In this document: positions 37,454 to 47,780 of the stretch, one piece after another
How the letters are laid out: every line of letters begins with the position of its first letter
Numbering within the stretch: the stretch's first letter is position 1
IMG/VR virus record: IMGVR_UViG_3300028591_003923
Coordinates: 65,515 to 129,514 of that record
DNA: 64,000 nt
Strand: one strand, 5' to 3'
Source of the DNA: a virus
Lineage: Duplodnaviria > Caudoviricetes
Notes under the pieces: generated by a model
Databases searched by the model: none
Told to the model about the DNA's origin: nothing
The model's input: only the letters and a program-made list of their open reading frames with translations
Program-made: the position numbers and the translations under genes

Positions 37454-39208
37454 CTAAAACCCCAATGTATCATCCTGCGCCTGATAATTCTCAATGAATA
37501 TTTGCGGAGTAACTCTTCCATAATAGTTATTCAAATTCATTTTTCCTACAATTTCCAGCTTAATTTTATCATACTGCGCGAGGTCTTTTATCATATCTTT
37601 AGCTCTAAACTTCATATAAGTAACACCGAACTTTTCAATTTTAATTGTATCAGCGTTCTTACCTATAATTTGAACGTCTTTCTTTTCAATGTTTAAATCA
37701 GTAATATGAATTAATGGTTCTGGATTGTGCTGTCCCCAGACATCCTCATGTTGTGCCACATCGTTAATAATATCTACTATATCTTGTGAGGCCGCAATAC
37801 GTTCAAAATTAACTGGATAGAAGTTTTCATTTAAGTCAATTCCGTTATCGTCTAAGAATTGGTCTGCCCAAACAAGGAATGTAGTTACTTCTTTATCTGG
37901 AATTGAAATGCCGCAAGCATTGTCGTGTCCAGCGGTATATTCAAACATTTCACTATAATCCATCAGTCTTTTAAAGCTAGTAAGTGAAGAATCGTTTAAC
38001 CCTCTACTTGAACCTCTGTCAAAGCCTTCGTTGTTCAGGCGTGCCACAATTGTTGGCCTCTGATATTTCGCTGCCAGCTTCATCGCGCACAGTCCATTCA
38101 GCTCCGGCGGAAAGTCCTCATCATCCAACTTGATAAATAGTATCTTATGCGAAAGTAAATCGTATTTACTGATTTTAATTTCCAAACCATCAATTGCCTT
38201 GTCCAAAATACGATTCTGACGAGCTTTAGCGTTCGTACATTCGCGCGCAGACTCAATTGCAACTTCTTCAAGTGCTCCATTTGCACCACGCTTATGACTC
38301 ACTACTGTTTCATGACCGTCAATAAAAGCCATAAATAAACGTTCTTTTTCATCTTCTGTACCAACTCTAATTAAGGCATTAATAAGTGGCGTTATGTAGA
38401 AGGCTACTGTTGTAGGATTGACTTTGTCTCCCATTGAAAATGCCTGTTTTTCACACAGCACTTTAAAGAAATAATTGGTAATTCTTTCACACCCTTCCGA
38501 AACAATATATCTATTTTCAAGTGAAAGCATAGACATCATATCACTTATAATACCCAGTGCCGCTAAGTCAATAAGGTCATGTGAATAAGTTGTATCTAGT
38601 TGATGGTCTACATGGCGGCAGAACTGCCATGTGATGCCGGCGCCACAGAGTTCTTTATTTGAATAGTCTGGTGAATCCTGATTATTTACAATGACTACTG
38701 TATCTGGCGCTTCTTCCCATACTTTATCAATAAGGTGGTGGTCAAGTATGAGACATTTAATATTGTTTTCAACTAATTGTTTCTGTTGTTCTATATCGTT
38801 GCTACCTGCGTCCGGAATTATTACGTAGTCAATTTTATGCGCTTCATCCATACGCATAATTTCATCAATGGTGTCGCTTAAGCCATGTCCTTTTCCTTGG
38901 TGAAGTACATAGCTAATCTTTACTTTTTTGTTCCACTGGCGCAAATACTGATAGAAAATTGCTGAGGAAGTAAATCCATCCACGTCACTATCTACAACTA
39001 AAACAATATGATGTGTTTCGTCCATATCTATCATTTCAAGAAACATATGATAAGCTGCATCAATGTTTTTGAGATTTGTTGGTGATAGAAGTAGTTGTGG
39101 TGTTGGATGGAGGAAATACGGCATTTCTTCTGCGGTTATTCCTCTTTCTTCCAATAGGTTAACTACATAATTCTTATCAAAGTTCGTATTTACTAATTGA
39201 GTTTTCAT
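37454..39208 (-). CDS. recJ: RecJ-like ssDNA exonuclease (DHH family)
   Basis: DSDVDG, PDAG, LDHH, LCGAG, LGIISD, GS.R, AGH.NACG. Confidence 0.92.
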   Translation of the reverse strand: MKTQLVNTNFDKNYVVNLLEERGITAEEMPYFLHPTPQLLLSPTNLKNIDAAYHMFLEMIDMDETHHIVLVVDSDVDGFTSSAIFYQYLRQWNKKVKISYVLHQGKGHGLSDTIDEIMRMDEAHKIDYVIIPDAGSNDIEQQKQLVENNIKCLILDHHLIDKVWEEAPDTVVIVNNQDSPDYSNKELCGAGITWQFCRHVDHQLDTTYSHDLIDLAALGIISDMMSMLSLENRYIVSEGCERITNYFFKVLCEKQAFSMGDKVNPTTVAFYITPLINALIRVGTEDEKERLFMAFIDGHETVVSHKRGANGALEEVAIESARECTNAKARQNRILDKAIDGLEIKISKYDLLSHKILFIKLDDEDFPPELNGLCAMKLAAKYQRPTIVARLNNEGFDRGSSRGLNDSSLTSFKRLMDYSEMFEYTAGHDNACGISIPDKEVTTFLVWADQFLDDNGIDLNENFYPVNFERIAASQDIVDIINDVAQHEDVWGQHNPEPLIHITDLNIEKKDVQIIGKNADTIKIEKFGVTYMKFRAKDMIKDLAQYDKIKLEIVGKMNLNNYYGRVTPQIFIENYQAQDDTLGF

Positions 39209-40261
39209 TTATTTTACCCTTACCTTCTTTCTTAATAATTCTTCAAATATCTTCGGCCCTCTATCTGTTGGACTATCCTTTAAATCTAAAAGTCCTTCAC
39301 GGTCATATATAAAAGAAAAATCAGCATAGTTTGAATACTTTTTACAAATTGAATAAAGTTTGTTAAAATAGTCTTCTTTGCCTGGTAATTCTTCTTTATC
39401 AAAACATATAACAATCTCCTGTGGGTGACAGGTTTTAAGTAGTAACTTTAAGGCGTGCTTATTGAATTGACTTCCGCATACTGCGGCCGCAGCGTTCGGA
39501 CGATCAAAACTTTCCATTTGTAAGACCGACTTCTCAGCTTCAAATAGAAAGCATATACCCTCTTGCTTTATAGTTTCTTTTGTCTTATTTAACCCATATA
39601 AATTCAATGATAATGGATGACTATACCATTTGTTTTCTATTTGTACGGGCATATATTTACCTACATTCTCAACTTCCCAATCGTTGAGTGCGCGCCCTCT
39701 AATTCCAATAAGTTCTCCATCCACGTTATAATGCGGTATTATAATTTTGTTCTGTGGAATTGAATATAATATATTAAACTTATCCATCGCAGCCTTACTA
39801 ATTCCATCCATTAACCATTCTGGCGGATAAAACTTTGTGAAGCAATCCAATATACCTTCCGGATAGGTTGGTAATTTTGGTACTTCGGCCGCCTTATACA
39901 TATCACGTATCTGTTTATACTGCTCTGGCGCGCTTGTGAAAAATGGATTGTAGTTACTACAGTCTAATACTACTTGATATATATCATCGTACCAGTTATA
40001 ATCTATATCTCTTGTTTCGTAATAGTGCTTTAAGAAATGAAAAATAGACATAGATTCACAGCTTGTATAACACTGAAACATATGAGAATTTTCATAGTAA
40101 TACAACTTCATAGAAGCTTCTGACGCATCTACATTATGACATATGGTCGGGAAAATTACATATCCTGGCTTTTGTACATAGTCATTTGCGCCTAGTCGCT
40201 CCATGAGTTGAATAATTTTTTCCGTATTTAATTGTTCAATAATCGCTTTATAATTAATCAA
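39209..40261 (-). CDS. DnaG-like primase
   Basis: Zn-binding-like TICHN...CYTSC, IIPH...GIRGR, LYGL, TOPRIM-like FEAEKS and CFDKE; adjacent to DnaB. Confidence 0.8.
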   Translation of the reverse strand: MINYKAIIEQLNTEKIIQLMERLGANDYVQKPGYVIFPTICHNVDASEASMKLYYYENSHMFQCYTSCESMSIFHFLKHYYETRDIDYNWYDDIYQVVLDCSNYNPFFTSAPEQYKQIRDMYKAAEVPKLPTYPEGILDCFTKFYPPEWLMDGISKAAMDKFNILYSIPQNKIIIPHYNVDGELIGIRGRALNDWEVENVGKYMPVQIENKWYSHPLSLNLYGLNKTKETIKQEGICFLFEAEKSVLQMESFDRPNAAAAVCGSQFNKHALKLLLKTCHPQEIVICFDKEELPGKEDYFNKLYSICKKYSNYADFSFIYDREGLLDLKDSPTDRGPKIFEELLRKKVRVK

Positions 40262-41828
40262 TTACTACTCCATCATTCAAATCTTGTAATGTAATTTGCA
40301 TTTCTAAATCTTGTTTATCGTCCCAATTCTGAATCTTATATTCTTCTCTTTCAAAGAAATCATGTACTGGCTGCAAGTCCGCATCAGTTACAAATAAGTC
40401 ATGCTTCTTCAATGTTCCTAAATTCATATTTGACCAAATTCTAATCTGCGTCCATTGACCATTTCTAACTTTAAATATATCTGTAACTAAATTCGGTTTA
40501 TCATCTGGATTATTATGATACATTGGTTCCAATATATCTAATTCCTCTTTTGTTGGTCGTGCCATAATTGAACCGTTATCAGCTTTATTAATTGTACTAC
40601 GACCTCCAGCTAATACACCTTCATTTCTAATTGTTTTATTATCGTCTCCTTTTGCATTAACCTGAGTTGAAGTAAACATCGCTACATCTAATTCAACCGC
40701 CAAATCTTTTAATGCTGTTGCGAACATAAGTAATACTTCATCGTTTCTTAAAGTAAATCCATTAAACTCATTCAATAAAGCTGGTCCAATGAATATATAA
40801 TCGTAAAATACATAATGCACATCTTTCGTAATACACTGCTCGCGCACTATAGTTTTAACAAGTTCAATAGTCGGATTCGGTACTTTAACTAATGTCATAT
40901 TATCTTCATACCGTTTCATAATACCTATAGCTTGTTGAATTACTGACTTTTCTCTATCACTAAAATCATTATATTTAAACCTACTTTCATTTATATCTGT
41001 TAAGTAAGCTAAAATCATTTTTCTAACTTCTTCAAACTGTTGCTCTGTGACTATAAACAATACATGCTCACAGTTACCCTCCTGCTCCCACATACAAGTT
41101 GTACTATTATACCTATATGGATAAGCTAAATAACATGCATCGGCTACTGCATTTCTCGTTTTACCTACACTTGATGCCGCTGACCTAATCGTTAACGTAC
41201 CCCTTCGCGCGCCGTCTATAACTTGATTATAAAACTCACCTTGTACTGGTAAACCAATTGACCCAGCCGTACCAAAATGAGCGATTAAATCTTCCATACC
41301 CTCAACGGCGCTTTCGCTTTCAACTTCATCGGTTACTGCATATTTGTTTTCTAATCCAAGCAACTTCTTTCTAATTCGGTCAGTTATATCTCTTAATTCC
41401 AACCAATCAAAGTTTCTATTAATTTCTTCTGACTTCGGATTAGTTAAATCTTCACAATAAAATTCCGATGTATCTATTCCACTTTTCTGTAAGTCTTTTA
41501 ATAAGTTTAATTTCTTTAATCTTGTATAATAGAATGTAAAGTTTTCAACTTCACTCAGTTCTATTATATCTTGTATATATTCAATCCCATTATTTTCTTT
41601 AAAAACCGTCTTCGCTACTGGGTCAGTTTCTAAATAGTTCTCTATATCAATAGGTTGAATACGTGTTGCACCCTTATCATATAAACCAGATATTGCTAAG
41701 AAAATTGAACGTTCAAACCTACTTGGAAAATCTGTAATTACCAGATTATACTTATCAACTTCACTTAAATATTGAGGATGTTTAATAAGGCTGCCGAGTA
41801 CTTGTTGTATACACCTTTTATCTACCAC
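40254..41828 (-). CDS. dnaB: Replicative DnaB-like helicase
   Basis: Walker A SVGKT, VTEQ, FYDYI, LK.LA.ELD...STQVN, KAD, FKVRNG. Confidence 0.88.
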   Translation of the reverse strand: MVDKRCIQQVLGSLIKHPQYLSEVDKYNLVITDFPSRFERSIFLAISGLYDKGATRIQPIDIENYLETDPVAKTVFKENNGIEYIQDIIELSEVENFTFYYTRLKKLNLLKDLQKSGIDTSEFYCEDLTNPKSEEINRNFDWLELRDITDRIRKKLLGLENKYAVTDEVESESAVEGMEDLIAHFGTAGSIGLPVQGEFYNQVIDGARRGTLTIRSAASSVGKTRNAVADACYLAYPYRYNSTTCMWEQEGNCEHVLFIVTEQQFEEVRKMILAYLTDINESRFKYNDFSDREKSVIQQAIGIMKRYEDNMTLVKVPNPTIELVKTIVREQCITKDVHYVFYDYIFIGPALLNEFNGFTLRNDEVLLMFATALKDLAVELDVAMFTSTQVNAKGDDNKTIRNEGVLAGGRSTINKADNGSIMARPTKEELDILEPMYHNNPDDKPNLVTDIFKVRNGQWTQIRIWSNMNLGTLKKHDLFVTDADLQPVHDFFEREEYKIQNWDDKQDLEMQITLQDLNDGVVID

Positions 41829-42349
41829 TCTTCATCCTCCATTTCTCCTAATACACTTAGGTCTACTTCCTTTTTCTTTTTCTTTGGTTGTGGCGCGAGT
41901 ACCTTTTTAACCTCTCTTTGATGAGCTTCTAACATTTGTTGTTCTATTTCTGCTATTGCGCCCTTTTGCTCTTGTTCTCTGCGCGCCCAGTATCTACAAG
42001 AATCTTCATATATATATGGTACTATACCAACGCCGCCATGACCTTTAGACCAATCGCCATGACATACTTCATAAAAATATTTTAACGCAAAAAAGACACC
42101 TTTAAGTGTCATGCCATTTTTTACAAATTTATTCAGTTGTGCTTCACACTTCCAATAACTATATTCAAAGTGCATATCTCTTTTTATAAAGTCATAAATT
42201 AAATCTCTATACTCTTCATCATCAGTTGGGTTTGATTTTTTCCATTCGTAGTAACAATCTCTGTGATAGTAATAATTGTTTACTGGTTTAATCCAATCGT
42301 CTTTGTCTAAGTTTAAAAGTAATCCACAGACCCTACAATGTTGTGCCAT
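41822..42349 (-). CDS. Hypothetical Zn-binding protein, possible helicase loader/initiator
   Basis: CxxC...H..C; GIVPY motif; directly upstream of dnaB. Confidence 0.5.
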   Translation of the reverse strand: MAQHCRVCGLLLNLDKDDWIKPVNNYYYHRDCYYEWKKSNPTDDEEYRDLIYDFIKRDMHFEYSYWKCEAQLNKFVKNGMTLKGVFFALKYFYEVCHGDWSKGHGGVGIVPYIYEDSCRYWARREQEQKGAIAEIEQQMLEAHQREVKKVLAPQPKKKKKEVDLSVLGEMEDEEW

Positions 42350-42378
42350 ATTTCGTTCTCCTTTTTATCTCTAAATAT

Positions 42379-42407
42379 ATTATACCAGAAATCTGTGAAT
42401 TTGTCAA
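42379..42407 (-). promoter_or_regulatory. SigmaA-type promoter for helicase/primase operon
   Basis: TTGACA-17-TATAAT with extended TG, followed by ATATTTAGAGA. Confidence 0.85.
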
Positions 42408-42424
42408 ATTTAAAAAGAGGAGCA

Positions 42425-43402
42425 TTACTGCTCCTCCTTCGCCATTTCTCTCATGTCTAAAAGAACTAAGTTAAACAGGTCAACCTGGTCCTCTGTTATT
42501 TCAGAAAGCTTAACCTTATGACCGAAAGTCATTTCTACTTTCTTAAGTATCTTATCCGCATTAGCTGGGTCTTTACCAACTAAATTCCCCCAAATAATCT
42601 GTGCTTCGTCTCTAATCTTATCAAAGTCAAGCTTTTCTTCTATTTTAGTTTCTGTTTTATCAACTACTGTAGCTCCATCAAGTTCTCTTTGCTTGTCAAT
42701 AGCGTCATTAATTGCTTTAACTAACTCGTCATATCCAAGTTTAATCTTAGGTGCGAGATATTTAAAGCGGCTGCCCGCCATGACTGTTGGAGTTTGTCTT
42801 GTATAAAGCCATCTTTCACTTGAGCCATCTTCCTGCCATTCAGTAGCAATATAACCGATAATATCAACTATCTGATTTACTACTTCATAACATCTCTTTG
42901 GCATACTTGGCGCGAGTATTTCACGTTCATGGTCATCGTCAATCTTTTCTTTTCTTATCTCAATATGCGAAATAAGAACAAGACCATAACCAAGCATTGT
43001 AATTTTTCTCAAGCAGTTCTCAAATTCCTTTTTAGTTGCGGAGTAGCCTTGTCCCCAAGGAATATCTGCAACTGACTGCACACCATTCTGCGCGCAGATG
43101 AATTGTTCACACATTTCATAAGCAATTGTAGTCGTATCAATTGTAACTGTATCATACATTGCTCGCGCGTCTGGCTTTTCAAGCTGGCGCAGTACTAACT
43201 TAAAGTCTGCCCAACGGTTAATGTCTACGGCTTTAACACCATCAATAGCGTTATAACCTTTTTCAAAAGCAACTAAAAGGTTCTTTGGAAAATGGGAAGC
43301 CAAAGTAGTTTTACCTACTTTTGGCTTTCCGTATATCAATATATATTTACCTTTTAAGTCTCTTGAAATAACAGTGGGCTGGATATTTAAAATATCTACC
43401 AT
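42425..43402 (-). CDS. Sak4-like P-loop ATPase / ssDNA annealing protein
   Basis: YGKPKVGKTT, FEKG, VTIDT, WGQGY, LISH, AGSR; next to SSB. Confidence 0.8.
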   Translation of the reverse strand: MVDILNIQPTVISRDLKGKYILIYGKPKVGKTTLASHFPKNLLVAFEKGYNAIDGVKAVDINRWADFKLVLRQLEKPDARAMYDTVTIDTTTIAYEMCEQFICAQNGVQSVADIPWGQGYSATKKEFENCLRKITMLGYGLVLISHIEIRKEKIDDDHEREILAPSMPKRCYEVVNQIVDIIGYIATEWQEDGSSERWLYTRQTPTVMAGSRFKYLAPKIKLGYDELVKAINDAIDKQRELDGATVVDKTETKIEEKLDFDKIRDEAQIIWGNLVGKDPANADKILKKVEMTFGHKVKLSEITEDQVDLFNLVLLDMREMAKEEQ

Positions 43403-43414
43403 AGCCCACCTCCA

Positions 43415-44320
43415 TTAAAATCCGAGATTTGAAAATCCGCCCTGTGCTGGAGCGCTCTTTGTTGAAGTTCTTGACATATTCTTTGTTTTGTTGCTTTCAA
43501 GAGTTGCTTTTCTTTCTGCAAGTGCTGCATCAATTTCATTACTATCAAAAGCATAATCTCCTTCAAGTGGAGACTGTGAACCACCAGTGATAATAAGGTC
43601 GCTCTTATTAATTGTTCTTATCTTTTCAATTGGCTCACCAAAATCCATTTCTTCAACAACTGTTTCTGTCTTTGAAGAGAAGTCAAGCTTACCAACCGCT
43701 CTAACGGTGTCGCCTACGTTCCAATAAGACGAAATTGCATTAATTGCATTCTCGTTCTCAACATACATTGGAACTACATCAACTTTTCCACCATACTGTG
43801 GAATGATTGTTCTAACTTCAAGTCTACCAGTTGTTTCTCCGTTACGGTCAACTTCATCATTCTTTTCAGCAACTACAAATTCAGTTACAAATTCTGCTAC
43901 TGGATTGCAGTCTTCTTTTCTAATTCTTGAAACAAATGAAGCCATAACTCTTGGGAAAGAGATAAGTCTACCATCCTGTGAGTAATACTCATTCATTCTA
44001 ATTGAACCTGAAGTGATACGTACTCTATCAGCTTTATCTTCGTCTCCTGCGGCCGCGATAGATGTAAATTCATTTGCAACCTTCATAATTGACTCATAAG
44101 CTGGATTTGGTGTTCCTTTATTTGTAAGTTTGGCTGCGAACATATGAACAGGAATCATAAGTTCCTTTTCTTCGTTACCAATCTTCTGTACTACTTTAAC
44201 ATTAATTGAACCGCCGATTGCATCAACGTCACGACCATTCTTCTTAAAAGTACTTGGCTTAATATCAATTTCACTGAGAATTCCTTCAATCTTTACTTTG
44301 TTTTCCGCTTGTCTTAACAT
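43415..44320 (-). CDS. Single-stranded DNA-binding protein (double OB-fold, putative)
   Basis: N.V.IEG.L start, two OB-like halves, flexible tail ending in F; next to Sak4-like gene. Confidence 0.6.
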   Translation of the reverse strand: MLRQAENKVKIEGILSEIDIKPSTFKKNGRDVDAIGGSINVKVVQKIGNEEKELMIPVHMFAAKLTNKGTPNPAYESIMKVANEFTSIAAAGDEDKADRVRITSGSIRMNEYYSQDGRLISFPRVMASFVSRIRKEDCNPVAEFVTEFVVAEKNDEVDRNGETTGRLEVRTIIPQYGGKVDVVPMYVENENAINAISSYWNVGDTVRAVGKLDFSSKTETVVEEMDFGEPIEKIRTINKSDLIITGGSQSPLEGDYAFDSNEIDAALAERKATLESNKTKNMSRTSTKSAPAQGGFSNLGF

Positions 44321-44355
44321 TTGTTTACCTCTTTGTTTTGTTTACTTTAACCTTT

Positions 44356-44397
44356 AAAAAGAATAATAGAAAGGAGGCTTATAGTGCCAAGCCTCCT
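44356..44397 (-). terminator. Terminator after small HTH gene
   Basis: Minus strand AGGAGGCTT-8-AAGCCTCCT followed by TTCTATTATTCTTTTT. Confidence 0.65.
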
Positions 44398-44416
44398 ATC
44401 CTTTGCTTACTCTTTA

Positions 44417-44668
44417 CTACTCAGCGTCATCGCTTGGAACAAAGTTCTTTCCTTCGTCTGTGAGAACAACGTATGTGATTGGCTTTTCAGCTCCCTCAAT
44501 CTCTACCTTTTCTCTAACAGCAAGCTCTTTCTTTGTCAGGTCTGTAACATTAGCGCCTACTGACCTCTCTGATCTACCAAGAGACTCTGCAAGCTCCGGG
44601 ATAGAAACCTTTCCACCATTTGCTTTAACGTAATCCAGTACTTCTGCACTCTTCTCTGTAAGTTTCAT
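44417..44668 (-). CDS. Small winged-helix DNA-binding protein
   Basis: LT.K..EVLDY.....SIPELAE.LG....SV...VT.L.KK.L...LTDEG pattern; has its own promoter and terminator. Confidence 0.75.
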   Translation of the reverse strand: MKLTEKSAEVLDYVKANGGKVSIPELAESLGRSERSVGANVTDLTKKELAVREKVEIEGAEKPITYVVLTDEGKNFVPSDDAE

Positions 44669-44742
44669 AATTCGTTTCTCCTTTTTAATTAAATTTGTTT
44701 TGTAATATTGATAGAAAGTCTTTTCTTTAACTTTCTATATAT

Positions 44743-44772
44743 ATTATATACTAAATTTTAAAATAACTCAAA
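44743..44772 (-). promoter_or_regulatory. SigmaA-type promoter for HTH/SSB/Sak4 genes
   Basis: TTGAGT-18-TATAAT followed by ATATATAGAAAG. Confidence 0.7.
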
Positions 44773-44787
44773 TTTTCAGACTATATT

Positions 44788-47139
44788 TTAGAAAATTAAT
44801 AAGCCAATTACTTGTGCATTATTTAATTTAATTGATTTCGTACCTTGCGCGCCTTTAGATAAGAGGTTTACTTCGTTGAGATTAAACTTTATCTGCGCGT
44901 GAGAGGATACAACGAGAATTTCTTTTTCATCTTTAATAGGTGTGAATTCAACTAAGACATCATCATCGTCTTTAAGTGCATGTAATTTACTTCCCTTGGT
45001 TCCTCTGCCGGTAACATAGAACTCCTTTGCCGCAGTACGCTTAATATAACCTTTTTTACTTACGCTTACGTATTCGTTGACGTTTGCTGGTATAACTTGC
45101 GCCGATACCAGTGAGTCACCGTCGTTAAGTGTAATTCCTTTTACTCCTCGCGCCACACGTCCGATAGCGTTTATGTTCGCAGTTTCGCATATTACGAACT
45201 GACCGCGCGCAGTCAACATTCCAACTCGTTCGTTGTTCACAAAGACAATTGATACGATTTCATCGTCGGCATCAAGGTTTAATGCCTTAACTCCAGACTT
45301 ACGTTTAATGTTATATTCAGAAAGTTTAGATTTCTTTAGAATACCGTTCTTTGTAAAGAATATAATGTGTTCTGTTTGTTTTGTCTTGTTGTAGAAAACG
45401 AGTTCTTTAATTTTCTCATTTGCTTTTATATCTACAAGTGATTCTATTGGTACTACTTCTTCAAATGGTAAGTCGTTAGCGGTTATATGATAACAATTGC
45501 CTTGATTTGAGAACAGTAAAACAGTATCAAAGTTCGTACCTGACGCTGTTGCTATCACATATTCCCCTTTGCTCATTTTAAATTTGTTTCCTACGCCGCC
45601 ACGCTTTTGCTTATATAGAGTAGACACAGAAGTAACGTAGATATTGTTTTGATTTGATAGGTTAATTAGAAGTTCTTGTTTTTCTTTTGGTTCTTCATCT
45701 TCTTTTGATATGTTTAAAATTTGAGTACGGCGAGCATCACCATATTTTTCGGCTACTGCGCGCCAACCTTTGATGAGTTCGTTATTAAATAACTTTTCAT
45801 CTTTAATTATATTATATATGAAATCTCGATCTTTTTCAAGTTTTAACTTTTCAGATTTTAACTTTTCAACTTCTAAATGAGCAAGTCTGGAAAGTTTAAT
45901 TTCAAGAACAGCCTTTGCTTGAATTTCATCAAGTTCATATTCATTCATCAGACGCTCGCGCGCTTTCTGCGTTGACTCAGACGTTTTTATCGTATGGATT
46001 ACTTCATCAATGGAAGCAATTACTTTGAGTAAGGCTTCAATAATGTGAAGACGTTCTTCAATTTTGCGCAGGTCGTACTCATATCCACGACGGTAAACTT
46101 CCTTTTCATGGTCAATGTGCGCCTGAAGCATTTCTTTCCATGTGAATACTTTTGGAAAACGTCCATGGTCAAGCATTGTAAAGTTAATTGTATAGTATGA
46201 TTGAAGTGAAGTTTCTTTGTAGAGGTAACGAAGAACTTTGTCTGGGTTTGCGCGCTTGGATAAGTAGATTTTGATAAGCGCGGATTTACCAGTGAGATCG
46301 TTAAATCTGTCTACACCTGGGTTTTCTTCACTTTCAATTATAGTTTCCAATTCTTTACAAATTGTATTGGTATAAACGCCATATGGAATTTCGGTGACTA
46401 TAAAGCAATGATCTTTTCTATCGTAGTCTACTACGCTACGAATTTTACAAGCAAAGCCTTCACCCTTTTCCATTGAACGTTTTACTTCGTCTTCATTTAA
46501 AATAATGGCGCCCGTAGCAAAGTCTGGCGCAATGTATATGTCATCAAATGAACAATCTGGATTGAGTAATAGGTGTTCAAGCGCAGCGTTCATTTCTTTG
46601 AGGTTATACTGTGGTATGGAGCTGGCTAAACCCACTCCAATTCCTTGCGTCCCGTTGCAAATATTATAATATCCTTTAGTTGGTAAAACGGCTGGATATT
46701 GTTTTGTATTATCGTAGCTGTCGCGCCACTCGTCAATCGTATCTTTATCTATGTCAGCAAAAAGTATGTCAGAAAAAGCTGAAAGTCGGCTCTCTGTATA
46801 ACGTGATGCTGCCCAGTTGCCTGATTCAATAAGCGAACCTGCATTACCTTTTACTTCTACAAGTGGATAACGCATAGCAAAAGGCTGTCCAGCACGCATA
46901 ATAACGCCCTCGGCAGAACTGTCGCCATGGATATAGAAATCAGCCATAGCCATACCTACTGCATTTGCAGTTTTCTTATATGGTTTACTATGAACTAATT
47001 TTCTTGTAAGCATGGAGTAAAAGATTTGGCGCGCAGATGGTTTTAGTCCATCACGAACGTCAACAAGGGCGCGGCTTTGTAAAACCGCACCTGCATATTG
47101 AACCATACTATTTTCTATAATTGGTTTTAGATTAGTCAT
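44788..47139 (-). CDS. gyrA: DNA gyrase/type IIA topoisomerase subunit A
   Basis: DVRDGLKP, HGDSS, catalytic AASRYTE, C-terminal beta-pinwheel repeats, GyrA-box-like QKRGGVG. Confidence 0.92.
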   Translation of the reverse strand: MTNLKPIIENSMVQYAGAVLQSRALVDVRDGLKPSARQIFYSMLTRKLVHSKPYKKTANAVGMAMADFYIHGDSSAEGVIMRAGQPFAMRYPLVEVKGNAGSLIESGNWAASRYTESRLSAFSDILFADIDKDTIDEWRDSYDNTKQYPAVLPTKGYYNICNGTQGIGVGLASSIPQYNLKEMNAALEHLLLNPDCSFDDIYIAPDFATGAIILNEDEVKRSMEKGEGFACKIRSVVDYDRKDHCFIVTEIPYGVYTNTICKELETIIESEENPGVDRFNDLTGKSALIKIYLSKRANPDKVLRYLYKETSLQSYYTINFTMLDHGRFPKVFTWKEMLQAHIDHEKEVYRRGYEYDLRKIEERLHIIEALLKVIASIDEVIHTIKTSESTQKARERLMNEYELDEIQAKAVLEIKLSRLAHLEVEKLKSEKLKLEKDRDFIYNIIKDEKLFNNELIKGWRAVAEKYGDARRTQILNISKEDEEPKEKQELLINLSNQNNIYVTSVSTLYKQKRGGVGNKFKMSKGEYVIATASGTNFDTVLLFSNQGNCYHITANDLPFEEVVPIESLVDIKANEKIKELVFYNKTKQTEHIIFFTKNGILKKSKLSEYNIKRKSGVKALNLDADDEIVSIVFVNNERVGMLTARGQFVICETANINAIGRVARGVKGITLNDGDSLVSAQVIPANVNEYVSVSKKGYIKRTAAKEFYVTGRGTKGSKLHALKDDDDVLVEFTPIKDEKEILVVSSHAQIKFNLNEVNLLSKGAQGTKSIKLNNAQVIGLLIF

Positions 47140-47550
47140 TTATACCTCTGTTACATCTCTAAATGCTTCGTTAAAACATCCACGATTATCATACATTTTT
47201 TTCATAAAACAAAGAGCTATACCTTTTTCGGCATCAAACTCTTCGTTATGTGGCTTCATTACTGTGCTTGTACCATCACGCCATACCACACATACGGTTT
47301 CTTTTTCTTTGTTTACAACAATTTCTTTATATTCTTTATGTGGACGCGGTGGACCTTCAATACATTTGGCATCAGTGATTGTGCGGAGATTTTTATTTGT
47401 TCCTCCCATTGTTTGATAAACTTTTACATGAGAAGAATAGGTTTGTTCTCCATCTGCAATAATGTCATATATTCCACCAACGAGTAATTTTACATTTGTG
47501 TTATATGCGTATAGTTTTCCATTTTCATTAAATCTAACACGAACTATCAT
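47140..47550 (-). CDS. Hypothetical phage protein
   Basis: 136 aa; C-terminal V.W.DG..T......FD.EKG.A pattern. Confidence 0.65.
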   Translation of the reverse strand: MIVRVRFNENGKLYAYNTNVKLLVGGIYDIIADGEQTYSSHVKVYQTMGGTNKNLRTITDAKCIEGPPRPHKEYKEIVVNKEKETVCVVWRDGTSTVMKPHNEEFDAEKGIALCFMKKMYDNRGCFNEAFRDVTEV

Positions 47551-47580
47551 TGTTTGTTCTCCTTTCTTATTTCTAATATT

Positions 47581-47609
47581 ATTATATAATAAAAATAAAG
47601 AAAAGTAAA
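47581..47609 (-). promoter_or_regulatory. SigmaA-type promoter upstream of gyrA unit
   Basis: TTTACT-17-TATAAT followed by AATATTAGAAAT. Confidence 0.65.
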
Positions 47610-47612
47610 ATT

Positions 47613-47780
47613 TTATTTTTGTTTTGTTAATTCACAAGGCTCTTTTTTCGTAAAAACACCACAGGCGCGCTGTGTAAGCCGACATTCCCAATGGATTTCA
47701 TTGATACTTTCACAAATAATTTGAAACCAACGCGCATATGGACAGAGCCTTGGATTTTTAGGTATTTTAATTGATTCCAT
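47613..47780 (-). CDS. Small Cys-rich hypothetical protein (55 aa, not in ORF track)
   Basis: MESIKIPKNPRLCPY...; overlaps the upstream ORF and fills the gap. Confidence 0.5.
   Translation of the reverse strand: MESIKIPKNPRLCPYARWFQIICESINEIHWECRLTQRACGVFTKKEPCELTKQK

Noticed and set aside
44321-44416. tRNA or structured ncRNA in intergenic gaps
   Set aside because: Gaps are short and explained by promoters, terminators or small ORFs; no cloverleaf or T-loop consensus seen by eye. tRNAscan/Infernal would be needed to exclude this fully.
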